From: Candidatus Poribacteria bacterium
GTDB lineage: Bacteria > Poribacteria > WGA-4E > PCPOR2b
Assembly: GCA_965208325.1 (NCBI GenBank)
Contig: OZ242326.1
Span: forward strand, 4,224,001-4,288,000
Reading direction: 5' to 3'
Length of the DNA stretch: 64,000 bases
Shown: piece by piece, positions 28,898-37,978 of the stretch
How the letters are laid out: every line of letters starts with the position of its first letter
How positions within the stretch are numbered: the first letter of the stretch is position 1
Notes under the pieces: model-generated
What the model was told of the DNA's origin: nothing
Database searches by the model: none
Seen by the model: only the letters and a program-made list of their open reading frames with translations
Made by a program: the position numbers and the translations under genes

Positions 28898-29743
28898 TTG
28901 AAAAAGATAGGTGAAATTATCTTATTGTTTAACTTGATTGGGTTGGTAGTCTTGCCTGTGAATGCAAACTCGGGAGACACAACCGCTAGTGGCTCGGGAG
29001 AAAATGAAGGTGTGTCGTTTCGGCTTGTGTCGGCGTTGGGTGCAAGACACCTAGATGTTGAACAGATTGGCGGCGAAACGGGCGTTGAACGGGCGACACC
29101 ATTGAAATCGCCGAACCGGGCGTTTTTGTCGTCGCTGATAATTCCGGGCGCCGGCCAGTTGTATCTCGGCTCGAAACGGGGTTACATATACATTCTGGCA
29201 GAAGTCGGAATGCTGGCGGCGTATTTCGTCACGCGCAGCGATGCGGAGAATACACGGGAGAGCTATCGAGAACATGTAAGGGCGCACGTGGCTTTCGAAT
29301 GGCCGTACCAGGCGGCGGAGCAATTTGAAAAGTGGGATCCAATCGAAGATTATGAGCATGCCACGCTGTTCGACAATTGGCGCAACGTTTATACGGAGCG
29401 GAACGGTGAACCGCTTGAACGAGTCGGGGCGTGGTATTGGAAGGATCGGCAGGCGTTCAAAGATGAGGAGCGGGGAGAAGGCAATCATGATTCGCCGCAG
29501 CGTGAAATTGCAAAAACGTTACGGTATGAAGCCAATGACAAATTTGAACGGGCGCGCACCTTTTTGGGGATTGTCATCTTAAACCATGTGATTAGCGCAG
29601 TTGAAGCGCGAATTTCCGCAATTCGGAGCAATCGACGGTACGCATCTAACGCTACGTCGGCGCGATCCTTTGAATTCGATGTGCAAACATCAGTATCGGA
29701 CTATGCAGCGGAAACTCAGCTTGTCTTACGCAAACGGTTTTAG
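28898..29743 (+). CDS. Secreted/membrane protein, DUF5683-like
   Basis: Signal peptide; KSPNRAFLSSLIIPGAGQLYLG and 'NHVISAVEA' motifs; ends in a beta-strand with Phe. Confidence 0.7.
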   Translation: MKKIGEIILLFNLIGLVVLPVNANSGDTTASGSGENEGVSFRLVSALGARHLDVEQIGGETGVERATPLKSPNRAFLSSLIIPGAGQLYLGSKRGYIYILAEVGMLAAYFVTRSDAENTRESYREHVRAHVAFEWPYQAAEQFEKWDPIEDYEHATLFDNWRNVYTERNGEPLERVGAWYWKDRQAFKDEERGEGNHDSPQREIAKTLRYEANDKFERARTFLGIVILNHVISAVEARISAIRSNRRYASNATSARSFEFDVQTSVSDYAAETQLVLRKRF

Positions 29744-29923
29744 TTCGGGCGCAGGCGGCATTTATGCGCATTTCATATGGTAAAACCAGTATTCAGTTCA
29801 ACACGGCGGCCGGTTCGGATTCTTTGCCGAACCTGAATTTATCAGGTCTCGCAAGCGCGGTTGGAAAACGCACCTACCGAATGGAATGACGGCAGCCCCG
29901 GGCTGAAAGCATGGGGCGGGTAC

Positions 29924-29959
29924 AAAAAAAGGGGAATTGGGATATTCCCAATTCCCCTT
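29924..29959 (-). terminator. Rho-independent terminator
   Basis: AAGGGGAATTGGGA/TCCCAATTCCCCTT stem with an A run on +, downstream of the OmpA-family gene. Confidence 0.8.
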
Positions 29960-29981
29960 AAAATGTATGCGAGATGATCGG

Positions 29982-30857
29982 TTACATCATCGGACTCGGT
30001 GGTGTAATAAAGACCTCGACGCGACGGTTTTTTGCAGCCCCGGCTTTTGTTCTCACGGATGCAATCGGGTCGGTGTGTGCACGTCCAACAGATTCGATGT
30101 CGTTTTGCACGCCCTGCGTTTTGAGATACTTCACAGCGGAATCTGCGCGTGCTTGAGAAAGGTGCCAGTTACTGCGGTATTTTCCGCTCAACACCGGTTT
30201 CCCGTCGGTGTGGCCAATGACCTTGACCATGGAGTCCGGGTGTGCCTCCATGATAGCTTTAACCGCATTATTGAGGTTTTGTTTCGCTTCCTGGTTCAAA
30301 CGGGTTCCGCCGCTGGGGAAGTGCACGGTTGCAATCAAGGTCGGTTTTGCGGCAACCATGGCTTTTAGGGTTTTGGTCTCTGCTTTTACCTCGGCGATCG
30401 CCGCTTGCATCTCCATATGGTCCGCCGCTTGTTCCTTGGACTTGTTGTCTAGGCTGCCAATCATCATACGCAACTTTTCATCTTCGTCCATAGCAAATGC
30501 TTGAGCCTTTTCACGCGCCATATTAACGGCGTTCGTGAGGTCTTCATGCAATTTGGCATGCTGCTCTTTTGCGAAACTCTTGGCGGCGCTGATTGTGTCC
30601 GCATCGCCTTGTTCAGCGGCAGCAACAGCGTCATTCTTTGCCGTAGAGATTTCCGACCTTAAAGAATTCCCTTGCTCATCAACCTTGCCGCCAATCATAG
30701 CGACCTCTTCCCGCAACTTCGAATGTTCCGCTGCAGATTCCGCGTTGTATTTCTCCATCTCTGCATCAAACTCCATCTTGCTCAATTTACCGCACCCGCT
30801 GAGACCGATACCCAGAGCAAAGATGGCGACAATAGCCACTGAGGCTAAGTTTTTCAT
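29982..30857 (-). CDS. OmpA/MotB C-terminal domain lipoprotein with coiled-coil linker
   Basis: GGAGG RBS; lipobox LSGC; 'VIGHTDG...SNWHLSQARA...NRRVEV'. Confidence 0.9.
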   Translation of the reverse strand: MKNLASVAIVAIFALGIGLSGCGKLSKMEFDAEMEKYNAESAAEHSKLREEVAMIGGKVDEQGNSLRSEISTAKNDAVAAAEQGDADTISAAKSFAKEQHAKLHEDLTNAVNMAREKAQAFAMDEDEKLRMMIGSLDNKSKEQAADHMEMQAAIAEVKAETKTLKAMVAAKPTLIATVHFPSGGTRLNQEAKQNLNNAVKAIMEAHPDSMVKVIGHTDGKPVLSGKYRSNWHLSQARADSAVKYLKTQGVQNDIESVGRAHTDPIASVRTKAGAAKNRRVEVFITPPSPMM

Positions 30858-31108
30858 TGTTTCCTCCCAAGAATTGAATGCGTTAACATTAGTAATACAG
30901 ACTTTGAGGATCTGATACGCGCATAAGTTTGTAGGGTATTTTAGCACAAGTCACGTCTGAAAACAAGAAAAATCGCTACGCATTTTTGGGTGGGTGTGCA
31001 GATTTTGGTTAATGCTAACCTATCCAGATAATACCGGTTAACGGACGGACTTGGCGGCGGAGTATTACAATTGTTCCAGATGGTTCGGAGAACAACGGTA
31101 CGGACGGG

Positions 31109-32191
31109 TTACTCCGGATGTGCCGACAGGTGGATGCTGCCATTTGAGCTGCGCAGTTTGACGGTTGCGTCGCCGCCTTCGCCAATTTGGCCTTCGAGCC
31201 GATTATATTGTTTCTCGGTGTGCGAGGTGAGCATTTCGGATTTTACATTGCCATTACTAGTTTTGGCGTTCAATTGTCCGGAGAAATCTGCGGGAAGTGT
31301 CACATGAATTGAACCGTTTGTCGTCTGTGCGTCAATTGGGGCGGCGCCGTCGGCAATCGTTACGCCAATAGACCCGTTGGTCGTCGAGAACTCCGCGGCG
31401 TCGGCGAGTTGCCCAATGGACGCCTCGATATTGCCGTTGGTGGTGTCGATGTCAATGGGACCTCTATCGCCATTTACATTTATTGTGCCGTTGACGGTTT
31501 TTGCGGCGATGGCGCCCTCGATTCCGTTGACTCGGATGGCACTGTTTACGGTGGCGAGATTCGCGCCCATTCGGTGAGGGGTTTGAATTTCATAACTGAC
31601 CGTCACATTGACGCCCTTGGGTGGATTGGGGTAGTCTCTGTAAACGCGAATTTCGCCATCGTGCAGTTCGGCGTGGACTTCGACGTTTTGGGCAAACTCC
31701 TCAGCTTCTTCCGCGCTGGGCGCACGTACTTCTTTTAGTGCGGTGACAGCGACGTGATTGACGTCGGCGCCGTCAAATGAAATTGAACCATTTACGGTTT
31801 GCGCGTCGACGGTTGCAACATCGGCGCTATCAAACTGCCACTGAGTTCTTTCTTCAAACTTTCGTTTGCCGCTAGTTTTCTCAATGGCATTGATTGCGTC
31901 TGAGACCGACGTTTTCACCTGATCCACAACATCGCCGACAGCGCCGCCTACGACCTTCCCGACGTCAGCCGTTCGATGCACGGATTCAACGGCTTTATTG
32001 ACCCCTTGCTTTATCTCCTGCCTAATCTCCTGAAATATTTCTGCGACCTCTTTGGATTTTCGATGTTTTGCACTGCTTTGAACCCCCGCATCGGAGGTAT
32101 CGCTTATGGCGCGGATGAGCATGTCCGCTTCGTCCGCGTTGATTGTGCCTTCTTCAAGCATTCTGAGAATTTCGCGCCGTTCATCGCTCAT
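31109..32191 (-). CDS. DUF4097 beta-strand repeat protein with N-terminal SHOCT-like (YvlB/LiaX-type) domain
   Basis: MSDERREILRMLEEGTINADEA; repeated T.NG.I motifs. Confidence 0.85.
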   Translation of the reverse strand: MSDERREILRMLEEGTINADEADMLIRAISDTSDAGVQSSAKHRKSKEVAEIFQEIRQEIKQGVNKAVESVHRTADVGKVVGGAVGDVVDQVKTSVSDAINAIEKTSGKRKFEERTQWQFDSADVATVDAQTVNGSISFDGADVNHVAVTALKEVRAPSAEEAEEFAQNVEVHAELHDGEIRVYRDYPNPPKGVNVTVSYEIQTPHRMGANLATVNSAIRVNGIEGAIAAKTVNGTINVNGDRGPIDIDTTNGNIEASIGQLADAAEFSTTNGSIGVTIADGAAPIDAQTTNGSIHVTLPADFSGQLNAKTSNGNVKSEMLTSHTEKQYNRLEGQIGEGGDATVKLRSSNGSIHLSAHPE

Positions 32192-32248
32192 AATTTTCCT
32201 CCTTACTCAATCTCGGTGTTCCTATTTCAACGACAGTCGAGTTAATGA

Positions 32249-32527
32249 TTACTCCGATTCTTTTCCGGTCTCTTGGTTTAGCACCGGATTCATTCGTTTC
32301 GACGTGCGTTCGGTATTGTAGTAATGGATATAGATATCCGTTACGTATTCCTGTATTTTCACAACGTGCTCTTTGAGCGCGCGGAGATCTGAATGGATTC
32401 GGACCAACTCTTGATTTTGTTCTACGTGCTTACTGCCTGGACCGTATTTAAATTTTACAAATCTGCAACCCATAATTCCAAACGAAACGGCAAATATCAC
32501 CAATGCGATTCCGTACAATTCACCCAT
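32249..32527 (-). CDS. Small single-TM coiled-coil protein
   Basis: AAGGAG RBS before MGELY; N-terminal TM helix; co-oriented in the operon. Confidence 0.6.
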   Translation of the reverse strand: MGELYGIALVIFAVSFGIMGCRFVKFKYGPGSKHVEQNQELVRIHSDLRALKEHVVKIQEYVTDIYIHYYNTERTSKRMNPVLNQETGKESE

Positions 32528-32634
32528 AGTCGTAACTCCTTTTTGATGTAGTTGAATGTATCGGTAATTGAGAAAAACACAAGAATAACGACGATTTGCG
32601 GGAACCACCCGCGAACGCCGAGAGTTGCTGCGTG

Positions 32635-32922
32635 CTAACGGTGAAAGAGCTGTTTGCACTCGCGGGCCGTTTCCCGGAAGTTTCGGTTGAGAATTCGCTT
32701 TTGTTCGCGAACGAGCCGATTTAAGTTATTGAGACTGTCCCTTTTGGCGGTCTCCAGGCGTTTATGCGTGGATTCGGTGAAGGCGTTTAGTGCATCTCGG
32801 ACGGGGAGTTGAGACAGCCGCGCACGCGAGTCTTTGAGCGCTTGCGTCAGCGGATCCGCCGCTTTCAAAGTGAATTTTACCTCAGATACCATTTTGAGGA
32901 ATGCCGCATTTTGCTTTTTCAT
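32635..32922 (-). CDS. Small hypothetical protein (SHOCT-like N-terminus)
   Basis: AAAGGA RBS; 11 bp after the DUF2089 stop; 'FLKMVSEVKFTLKAADPL' resembles the SHOCT motif. Confidence 0.5.
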   Translation of the reverse strand: MKKQNAAFLKMVSEVKFTLKAADPLTQALKDSRARLSQLPVRDALNAFTESTHKRLETAKRDSLNNLNRLVREQKRILNRNFRETARECKQLFHR

Positions 32923-32933
32923 TATTGTTTCCT

Positions 32934-33323
32934 TTAGGTTATGTTGAGTTGGTGAATGAGTTCTGCAGCCTCCGCCGCGGAAATCTCACCCGCATCGAGC
33001 CGCTTTAGAATTGCGCGGCGTTGTTCAGGAATGTCATCAGTTTGCTGCGTGCCGACCTCAAAGCCGAGTTCGGCGATGACTGCGTTCAAACGGCTTCGGA
33101 CGGTCGGATATGAGATTCCGAGTTCACGTTCCATTTCCTTGACATTGCCGCGATTCCTGACGAAGTTTTCCAAAAACTCGAGGCTTTCCTTTGAGAGCCG
33201 GCAGAAACGGCAGGTTTCATACTGGCTTTCGATTTTGGTATCGCAGGCGTGGCATTGCAACTCTGTGATTGTTAATTCACCACCGCACGTTGGACATTTT
33301 TCCAATATCTTTCGCAAGGTCAA
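32934..33323 (-). CDS. DUF2089 family Zn-ribbon/HTH protein
   Basis: CPTCG...CHAC; 'GNVKEMERELGISYPTVRSRL'; C-terminal SHOCT. Confidence 0.9.
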   Translation of the reverse strand: MTLRKILEKCPTCGGELTITELQCHACDTKIESQYETCRFCRLSKESLEFLENFVRNRGNVKEMERELGISYPTVRSRLNAVIAELGFEVGTQQTDDIPEQRRAILKRLDAGEISAAEAAELIHQLNIT

Positions 33324-33374
33324 CCTCCATTTAAGTTTGGTGTGATTTTTCAGTTAATGAATTATGGTGAATAA

Positions 33375-33403
33375 AATATACCATAGATATAAATGATTGT
33401 CAA
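33375..33403 (-). promoter_or_regulatory. sigma70-type promoter of the DUF2089 operon
   Basis: TTGACA-N17-TATATT with TG extension on the minus strand. Confidence 0.65.
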
Positions 33404-33470
33404 GAAAAAATACAATATTTCGTAAAAACAGGCGCAATACATAAAAATATGAGAAATATGACGTTGAAAC

Positions 33471-33510
33471 AAAAAAAGAGCCATGAGTCTTTTGCTGTGA
33501 CTCATAGCTC
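33471..33510 (-). terminator. Terminator after ureG
   Basis: GAGC(C/T)ATGAGTC stem with an A run on +. Confidence 0.65.
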
Positions 33511-33574
33511 GGTTTACATATCCTCGGACGGGTTGCCGCTTCCTTATGCAACCAACCAATTGCGTGTCAAAACA

Positions 33575-34207
33575 TCATAGGTAACTTTTTTGATTGGGGG
33601 ATTTTTCTTCAAAAAGTAATTCCTGTTGAATCCATGAAATGATATATTCCACCCGTTTTCCGCGCCGCAGGTCCGTGAATACAAACGGTTTTTCGCCGCG
33701 CATACGTTTTGTGTCGCGTTCCATTATGCCGAGGTCGGCTCCGACGTGGGGGGCGAGATCGATTTTGTTGATGACGAGCAGATCGGAGCGGGTAATGCCT
33801 GGACCGCCTTTGCGGGGGATTTTGTCGCCGCCGGCGACGTCAATTACGTAAATGGCGGCATCGACTAGTTCCGGACTAAAAAATGCGGCTAGATTATCGC
33901 CGCCGCTTTCCAAGAACAGGATATCCAAATCGGGAAAGCGTTCTATCATCTGCTCAAGGGCTTCTAGGTTGCTGGAGATGTCCTCTCGAATAGCGGTGTG
34001 CGGGCAGCCGCCGGTCTCAACACCGAGGATTCGATTGGAGGGAAGCGCTTCGACGCGCAGTAGAATCTCCGCATCTTCGCGCGTATAAATGTCGTTGGTG
34101 ATGGCAGCGAGTTCATAGTCACTACGCATTGCCTTGCACAAGCGTTCGATTAGTGCAGTTTTACCGGAGCCTACGGGGCCGCCAATCCCAATTTTCAAGA
34201 GTTTCAT
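33575..34207 (-). CDS. ureG: Urease accessory GTPase UreG
   Basis: [51 protein letters not shown]. Confidence 0.97.
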   Translation of the reverse strand: MKLLKIGIGGPVGSGKTALIERLCKAMRSDYELAAITNDIYTREDAEILLRVEALPSNRILGVETGGCPHTAIREDISSNLEALEQMIERFPDLDILFLESGGDNLAAFFSPELVDAAIYVIDVAGGDKIPRKGGPGITRSDLLVINKIDLAPHVGADLGIMERDTKRMRGEKPFVFTDLRRGKRVEYIISWIQQELLFEEKSPNQKSYL

Positions 34208-34285
34208 GGGTGAAAATCCTTTCGCGACAAGGCAAAGATTTCGCCGGACTATGCGAATGACGTTTTGTAACCCGATATTAACGGT

Positions 34286-35008
34286 TTAGGAGATGAAGAG
34301 TCTGGAATAAAGCCGTTCGTGCTGCATGCTCCGAATGTCCAGCCCGGTCGTAAAAGCCGCGAAATCATCGAGGTTTGCGTTTTGTGCGAATTCTACAATT
34401 TCCCGTAGATGCGGCTTGAGTGAGTGAATCGTCAGCTGTCCTTCGGTTGCGCCGAGCGGGATAAGCCGCACGGCCGCGGAGACTTGACCGACGACGTAGG
34501 CGTGTAGAAACCCAAGCAATGCATTTGGCAGTTCAATTGAAGCTGCGGCGGTGACCAATCCGAACGCTATTGCATGGTGACCGGCGCAATCCTTAGCGCG
34601 TATTCGCTTCTCGTAAGCGTCCAGTGCTGGGTGCGGTACAAGATGGCGCGCATTTCTAAGAAACTGTTTGCCAATGTGCGCACTGCCGTTCCGCGATTCA
34701 CGCGGCAGTTTGAGCGCGGTGAGACGCATGTCCAAGTCAGCGATTTGCTCGATGCTAGCATCAGGGGCATTCTCGTAGGTTTGAGCGGATTTGTATGCCA
34801 ACGCCAGCGCAACGGCATCAGTGTTCCGTATCCCTTCCAATAATGCGTTCCTCAATAATTCCTCGCAAGAGGGCTGATCCGTAACCAATCCGTTCTGAAC
34901 GTAGGTTTCCAACCCAAAGGAGTGCGCGAATGCACCCGTCGGGAAGAAACTATCTACAAGTTGAAGCAGTGTGAGCAGCGCATTATGGTTGTGATTTTTG
35001 GGTTGCAT
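34286..35008 (-). CDS. ureF: Urease accessory protein UreF
   Basis: DSFFPTGAFAHSFGLE; AAVRLIPLG; C-terminal HERLYSRLFIS. Confidence 0.95.
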   Translation of the reverse strand: MQPKNHNHNALLTLLQLVDSFFPTGAFAHSFGLETYVQNGLVTDQPSCEELLRNALLEGIRNTDAVALALAYKSAQTYENAPDASIEQIADLDMRLTALKLPRESRNGSAHIGKQFLRNARHLVPHPALDAYEKRIRAKDCAGHHAIAFGLVTAAASIELPNALLGFLHAYVVGQVSAAVRLIPLGATEGQLTIHSLKPHLREIVEFAQNANLDDFAAFTTGLDIRSMQHERLYSRLFIS

Positions 35009-35047
35009 TAGGTGCGGCCTCTGCGGTGAAGTTATCGCACAGTATTC

Positions 35048-35482
35048 TCAATGGCAACGCGCAGCGGCGTGCGTGAATACCAGTTCTTCAATCGTATATT
35101 CAAATCCGAGCCGATCCATTTGGTTTTCCAAAACCGGTTCGTATGGAATGAGTATTGCGCCCCCGCAGAATCCTATGGGACGATGGAGGTTTCCAATCTG
35201 ATAGCACGCGATTCCAAACGCCCGGCGCGTTTGTGGACGTAGAACAAGCACCTTTTCCGGCAAGCCTTCTACGACAATTTCGAATTGTTCATTCCGATAG
35301 AGGACATCGCCTGGTTGAAGTATTGTCCCCGTTGGGAGCGCCAAGCCAATCTCCCGCCCTTCCGTCGTCGTCAAACGCTGCCTGCATTTGCGGCGTCCTT
35401 CCCAAGTCAGCAGCACCGCGTCTTTCGCCAAGACGCTTTCATCTAACTTTTCCGATATGATGCTCTCTACAATAATCATCAA
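35048..35482 (-). CDS. ureE: Urease accessory protein UreE
   Basis: RRKCRQRLTT..GREIGLALP.G..L..GD; YQIGNLH. Confidence 0.92.
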   Translation of the reverse strand: MMIIVESIISEKLDESVLAKDAVLLTWEGRRKCRQRLTTTEGREIGLALPTGTILQPGDVLYRNEQFEIVVEGLPEKVLVLRPQTRRAFGIACYQIGNLHRPIGFCGGAILIPYEPVLENQMDRLGFEYTIEELVFTHAAARCH

Positions 35483-35678
35483 CGTTTTTTCGTTGCCCGC
35501 GGTGGAATGCGGCAGTCTAGACTTATGACTAAATGCAGTGAAATCCGAATCCTGATTACCTTTACATCGCCACGAGGATATCGTATACTTTAACAGATAA
35601 TCGCCACTCGCGCAACGGCAAATCCATGCGTGTAAATCCTCGTAAATCCCATGAATCTACTCATAACCGGAGGAAAAC

Positions 35679-36068
35679 ATGGCATCAAAAGCAGTCTTCA
35701 AAAGCGTTAGTCCTTATTTGGACGATGAAATGAATTTACCCGTCGAGAATGTGGAGGAGGCAATACCGTTCTATGAGACGATCATGGGGTTCGAGGTTAT
35801 ATCCAAAGGTGAATCTCCCCATGAGTCGGTTGTATTATGTAGAGACAGTATTAAGATAGGATTGGCTGAGAACGGCGGGGATCCGTCGCAAGACGGGTGC
35901 TTCTTTGAAGTAGATAATGTCGAAGCGGCTTTTAACGAGTTGAAAGCGAACGGCTTCGACAAGGAAGATCCGGAGTATCGGGTAGACAGTCACGGTGACA
36001 AATCGTTCAAGTTGTTCTTCGTAATTGCGCCAGACGGGCTTTGCTACTGTATCGGTGAACGGGTGTGA
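35679..36068 (+). CDS. VOC/glyoxalase family protein
   Basis: 'LPVENVEEAIPFYETIMGF', 'FFEVDNVEAAFNEL', 'APDG'; GGAGG RBS. Confidence 0.85.
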   Translation: MASKAVFKSVSPYLDDEMNLPVENVEEAIPFYETIMGFEVISKGESPHESVVLCRDSIKIGLAENGGDPSQDGCFFEVDNVEAAFNELKANGFDKEDPEYRVDSHGDKSFKLFFVIAPDGLCYCIGERV

Positions 36069-36183
36069 TGTGGTTAGGTGGATGCGCGCGACTGACTGAA
36101 AGTCAAAACTATCGCCTTGGCTGTTCGTTGAGTTAATCCTATTCGGTCGCTAGAGTCCACCAAAACCCTTACACCAGAGTTGG

Positions 36184-36682
36184 GCGGGGCAAGATGCCCG
36201 CCTACGGGGGGCGGGGGCGCATGCGGGGCAAGATGCCCCGCCTACGGGAGGCGGGGGCGCATGCGGGGCAAGATGCCCCGCCTACAGGAGGCGAGGGCGC
36301 ATGCGGGGCAAGATGCCCGCCTACGGGGGGCGGGGGCGCATTCGGGGCAGGATGCCCCGCCTACGGGGGGCGGGGGCGCATGCGGGGCAGGATGCCCTGT
36401 CTACAGGAGGCGGGGGCGCATGCGGGGCAAGATGCCCCGCCTACGGGAGGCGAGGGCACATTCGGGGCAGGATGCCCCGCCTACAGGAGGCGAGGGCGCA
36501 TGCGGGGCAAGATGCCCCGCCTACAGGAGGCGAGGGCACATTCGGGGCAAGATGCCCGCCTACGGGAGGCGAGGGCACATTCGGGGCAGGATGCCCCGCC
36601 TACAGGAGGCGAGGGCGCATGCGGGGCAAGATGCCCCGCCTACAGGAGGCGAGGGCACATTCGGGGCAAGATGCCCGCCTAC
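36184..36682 (-). repeat. 13 tandem 39-40 bp REP units (GTAGGCGGGGCATC(T/C)TGCCCCG)
   Basis: Hairpin repeats with near-identical 17-nt linkers. Confidence 0.92.
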
Positions 36683-36754
36683 GGACCGCCGCTTGGCAAG
36701 GGGGAGGATTCACTGCGCATTCGTTCTGGTTGAACTCCGCGATTCTGGCGGCGA

Positions 36755-36783
36755 TTGACAATTATAACGCAATCTGATATAAT
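36755..36783 (+). promoter_or_regulatory. Consensus sigma70 promoter
   Basis: TTGACA-N17-TATAAT with TG extension. Confidence 0.75.
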
Positions 36784-36838
36784 CTGAAAATATAATGTAA
36801 ATTTTAAATTTGACAAATTTGAGAATATGGAGTGTGTC

Positions 36839-37855
36839 ATGGCAAAACTCCTTCCCACTGAACTAGTGGGCAGCTACGCGCTCCCGAGTTGGCTGCATAT
36901 TGCGATTGAGCGCATAGAGCACCAGGCCGATCTTGGCGAAACGGATATTAACGAGACACTGGACGACTCGGTGAGTCTCGCGGTGTTAGACCAGGAGCGC
37001 GCCGGGTTGGATGTAATCACGGATGGCGAGATGCGGCGCCGGGACTTTATTCAAAATTTTTACGGCCTCATGACGGGCTTGAAGGAAATCGCACCTGCCC
37101 GCCGATTTGGGGCGGCGGGATACGATCAGAACCCGCGCTATGAGGTGAACGGCGAAGTCACGGCGCCTAATGGGCTGGGCATTCTGCCGGAGGTTGAGTA
37201 TCTCAAGCGAATTACTTCCAAGCCGATTAAAGTTTGTGTGCCGGGCCCTATGACGCTTGCGCTTCCCTTGATTGTTAAAGGCGGCGTTTCGTCCAAGGAA
37301 AGTTTGATTGAAGCCATGGTGGCTATTGTCAATGCGGAGATGAAGGCGTTGGTTGAAGCCGGCGTTGATAATCTGCAAATTGACGAGCCGCGCTACGCAA
37401 CGTCTCAAAAAGATGCGCAGCGGTTGGTACAGCTTTTTAATGCGACCCGCGAGGGTGTTTCTGCGCGAGTTGGACTGCACCTCTGCTTTGGGAATTTCAA
37501 GGGTAGATCCCGCGATCGGCGCGACTACGCTGCCCTGTTTCCTGCGCTGTTAGAAGCGCGGTGCGACCAGTTTAATCTTGAGTTCGCCAACCGGGAGTTT
37601 GCACAAATCGAATTGCTGTCCCACTTCCGTTCCGGCCAACAGATTGGCATAGGCGTTATCGATATCAAATCGTACTTCGTGGAGACCCCTGACGAAGTGG
37701 CTGCGTCAATTCGTACCGCATTAGAACACACCGACGCTGAGAATCTAGTCATCATCCCGGACTGCGGCTTCAACCATTGCCCTCGCCACATTGCCTTTAG
37801 CAAAATGCAAGCGATGGTGAAAGGGGCAGCGATGGTACGGCAGGATTTGGGTTGA
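36839..37855 (+). CDS. Cobalamin-independent methionine synthase II family protein (MetE C-terminal type)
   Basis: VGSY; DVITDGEMRR; QIDEP; Zn ligands HLC..E..PDCG. Confidence 0.9.
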   Translation: MAKLLPTELVGSYALPSWLHIAIERIEHQADLGETDINETLDDSVSLAVLDQERAGLDVITDGEMRRRDFIQNFYGLMTGLKEIAPARRFGAAGYDQNPRYEVNGEVTAPNGLGILPEVEYLKRITSKPIKVCVPGPMTLALPLIVKGGVSSKESLIEAMVAIVNAEMKALVEAGVDNLQIDEPRYATSQKDAQRLVQLFNATREGVSARVGLHLCFGNFKGRSRDRRDYAALFPALLEARCDQFNLEFANREFAQIELLSHFRSGQQIGIGVIDIKSYFVETPDEVAASIRTALEHTDAENLVIIPDCGFNHCPRHIAFSKMQAMVKGAAMVRQDLG

Positions 37856-37978
37856 GCAGGTGGAAATGGGAAACACCGATTTAATGCACCACAGTAACCC
37901 GGAAGCCAAGTTCATTGGATTTCCCGTTATCCTTGAAGCAGCAAGCGTTTAATTCTTGAATCTCTGACAGAGGAATTC

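Noticed and set aside
36184..36682. CRISPR array
   Set aside because: The linkers are 17 nt and near-identical rather than unique spacers, and there are no cas genes
36180..36777. Three overlapping Gly/Arg/Pro-rich ORFs
   Set aside because: They are translations of the GC-rich REP tandem array, open in all three frames, with no RBS or domain
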